This document shows positions 23,362 through 24,721 of a DNA stretch of 24,721 bases, piece after piece. The first letter of the stretch is position 1, and every line of letters begins with the position of its first letter. Made by a program: the position numbers and the translations under genes. The notes beneath the pieces were generated by a model. The model ran no database searches. It was not told the DNA's origin and was given only the letters and a program-made list of their open reading frames with translations. The stretch is taken from positions 1 to 24,721 of IMG/VR virus record IMGVR_UViG_3300021364_001347; one strand, written 5' to 3'. This DNA is from a virus. Taxonomy: Duplodnaviria; Caudoviricetes.

Positions 23362-24186
23362 ATGGCAAGAAGAGTGAACTATCTCAACAACAAAGACATG
23401 TTAGCTGAGATACATAAATCAAAAAATTCATTTGCAAGTTATTTAGAAAAAGAATATGCAGACTACGATTTAATTTTACCTAGCGTTGACAAAATCAATG
23501 TTAGAACTATCGCCGAAGCAAAACGTGCAAAAGCAAAAAAACAATCAACTGCAATTTACGAAGAAGCAAAAGCAAATGGCAAAAAAGTAAAACAAGCTGA
23601 ATGCGAAGTAGATTATAGAAAAATCAAAAAAGACGAATTAATATTTCGTATTATGACGTTTGAACACATTCCCGACGAACCAGGACGTAAAAAGAATCCA
23701 AAAACTATTGCAGACGAAAAAACCAAACTGCCTTTTCCGCCTTATCAGCATTATAAGTTTGACGAAGATGACAATTTAATTTGTGTAGGCAAAAGTCATT
23801 GGGTCGGAGGCATGGAAAATGGATATTTTTCAAAAGAACATGGTAAAGCAACTAACAAACTTGCTATGATGTGGATGAAACTTGTAGATAGATATGCTAC
23901 AAGAGGCAATGTTCGTGGCTATACTTACAATGACGAAATGAAAGGACAAGCAATCTTGCAACTTGCACAGATTGGCTTACAGTTTGACGAGTCAAAATCG
24001 CAAAATCCTTTTGCATACTATACTGCTGCTGTGACAAACAGTTTTGTCAGAGTTATCAATTTAGAAAAACGCAATCAAAATATAAGAGACGATATTCTTG
24101 AAATGAACGATCTCAACCCAAGTCATACTAGAATGCATCAAGGCGAATGGGAAGCAGCATTGCGTAGAGAAAAAGAAAAGAATTGA
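23362..24186 (+). CDS. gp55: Late transcription sigma factor, T4 gp55-like, with a large internal insertion (274 aa)
   Basis: N-terminal NYLNNKDMLAEI and C-terminal RGYTYNDEM....I.......FDESKSQNPFAYYT....NSFVRVINLEKRNQNI match gp55-family motifs. Adjacent to gp47, as in T4-like genomes. Confidence 0.85.
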   Translation: MARRVNYLNNKDMLAEIHKSKNSFASYLEKEYADYDLILPSVDKINVRTIAEAKRAKAKKQSTAIYEEAKANGKKVKQAECEVDYRKIKKDELIFRIMTFEHIPDEPGRKKNPKTIADEKTKLPFPPYQHYKFDEDDNLICVGKSHWVGGMENGYFSKEHGKATNKLAMMWMKLVDRYATRGNVRGYTYNDEMKGQAILQLAQIGLQFDESKSQNPFAYYTAAVTNSFVRVINLEKRNQNIRDDILEMNDLNPSHTRMHQGEWEAALRREKEKN

Positions 24187-24211
24187 CAATCAAAAAATAA
24201 TGTTTTATACT
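24183..24211 (+). promoter_or_regulatory. Near-consensus sigma70 promoter for gp47
   Basis: TTGACA (24183-24188, containing the gp55 TGA stop), 17-nt spacer, TATACT (24206-24211). Confidence 0.82.
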
Positions 24212-24236
24212 ACAAGTTGGTAGAAGGAATAACAAT

Positions 24237-24721
24237 TTGTTTAAAAAAGCCGCTGTCTTTACGGATATCCACTTTGGATTGAAGGGTAATTCGCGAGTTC
24301 ATAACCAAGATTGTGAAGAATATGTAGATTGGTTTATCGAAACTGCAAAAGAACATGGTTGTGAAACAGCTTTGTTTACTGGTGATTGGAATCACAACAG
24401 AAACAGTTTAAACTTAACAACTATGGATGCTGGTATACGCAGTTTAGAAAAGCTAGGGGCAGCATTTGATAAGTTTTATATGTTTGCTGGCAATCACGAT
24501 TTGTATTACAAGGATAAACGTGACGTAAAATCTACTGAATTTGCAAGACATATACCCGGTGTGACAGTTATCGAAGATATACATGTCGAAGATGACGTTG
24601 CACTGGTGCCTTGGTTAGTAGGTGACGAATGGAAACGTATGAGTAGTATCAAAGCAAAGTATCTATTTGGACACTTTGAACTTCCTAGTTTTTACATGAA
24701 CGCTATGGTACAGATGCCCGA
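24237..24721 (+). CDS. gp47: Recombination endonuclease subunit, T4 gp47 / Mre11-SbcD metallophosphoesterase, 3' end outside the window
   Basis: TTG start 8 nt after GAAGGA. Translation MFKKAAVFTDIHFG...FTGDWNHNR...FAGNHDLYYK...LVPWL...LFGHFELP shows the DxHxG, GDxxH, GNHD and GH phosphoesterase motifs. Confidence 0.9.
   Translation, partial: MFKKAAVFTDIHFGLKGNSRVHNQDCEEYVDWFIETAKEHGCETALFTGDWNHNRNSLNLTTMDAGIRSLEKLGAAFDKFYMFAGNHDLYYKDKRDVKSTEFARHIPGVTVIEDIHVEDDVALVPWLVGDEWKRMSSIKAKYLFGHFELPSFYMNAMVQMP

Noticed and set aside
24210-24395. 61-aa minus-strand ORF
   Set aside because: Antisense to the gp47 nuclease, which has clear catalytic motifs, a promoter and an RBS.
1-24721. Genome-wide stop-codon reassignment (TAG or TGA)
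   Set aside because: Thousands of codons of long ORFs read through under the standard code without fragmentation, and TAG and TGA appear only at plausible gene ends.
1-24721. CRISPR arrays, tRNA/rRNA genes, introns, inteins, mobile elements, intrinsic terminators
   Set aside because: Coding density is near complete and the intergenic gaps are 75 bp or less, with no GC hairpin plus U-tract or spaced DNA repeats seen by eye. An intein in the untranslated parts of the giant ORF cannot be excluded.

Overview
AT-rich window from a large contractile-tailed (myovirus-type) phage that uses a T4-like late sigma factor. Bases 1-23286 are one leftward baseplate module. In transcription order it holds a tube-initiator-like protein, a LysM/gp53-like protein, a hub with an 11-residue amphipathic repeat tail, a gp5/VgrG-like spike with C-terminal cargo domains, a Cys-His peptidoglycan amidase, gp25, gp6, and a giant gp7-like wedge protein of at least 3815 aa. 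The giant ORF runs off the left edge and is absent from the ORF track. Diverging rightward from a 75-bp control region are an enlarged gp55-like late sigma factor and a gp47/Mre11-SbcD nuclease (TTG start, truncated, also absent from the track). The best candidate for a new system is a spike-associated cell-wall-breaching kit: a lysozyme-fold domain and an apparently circularly permuted, degenerate SGNH-like domain fused after the spike, plus a translationally coupled amidase in the slot where a PAAR gene often lies. A second candidate is a bipartite late promoter (TACGYAG-N13/14-TAAATA) next to a gp55 with a ~135-aa insertion. All product calls come from motif recognition by eye; no database searches were run.
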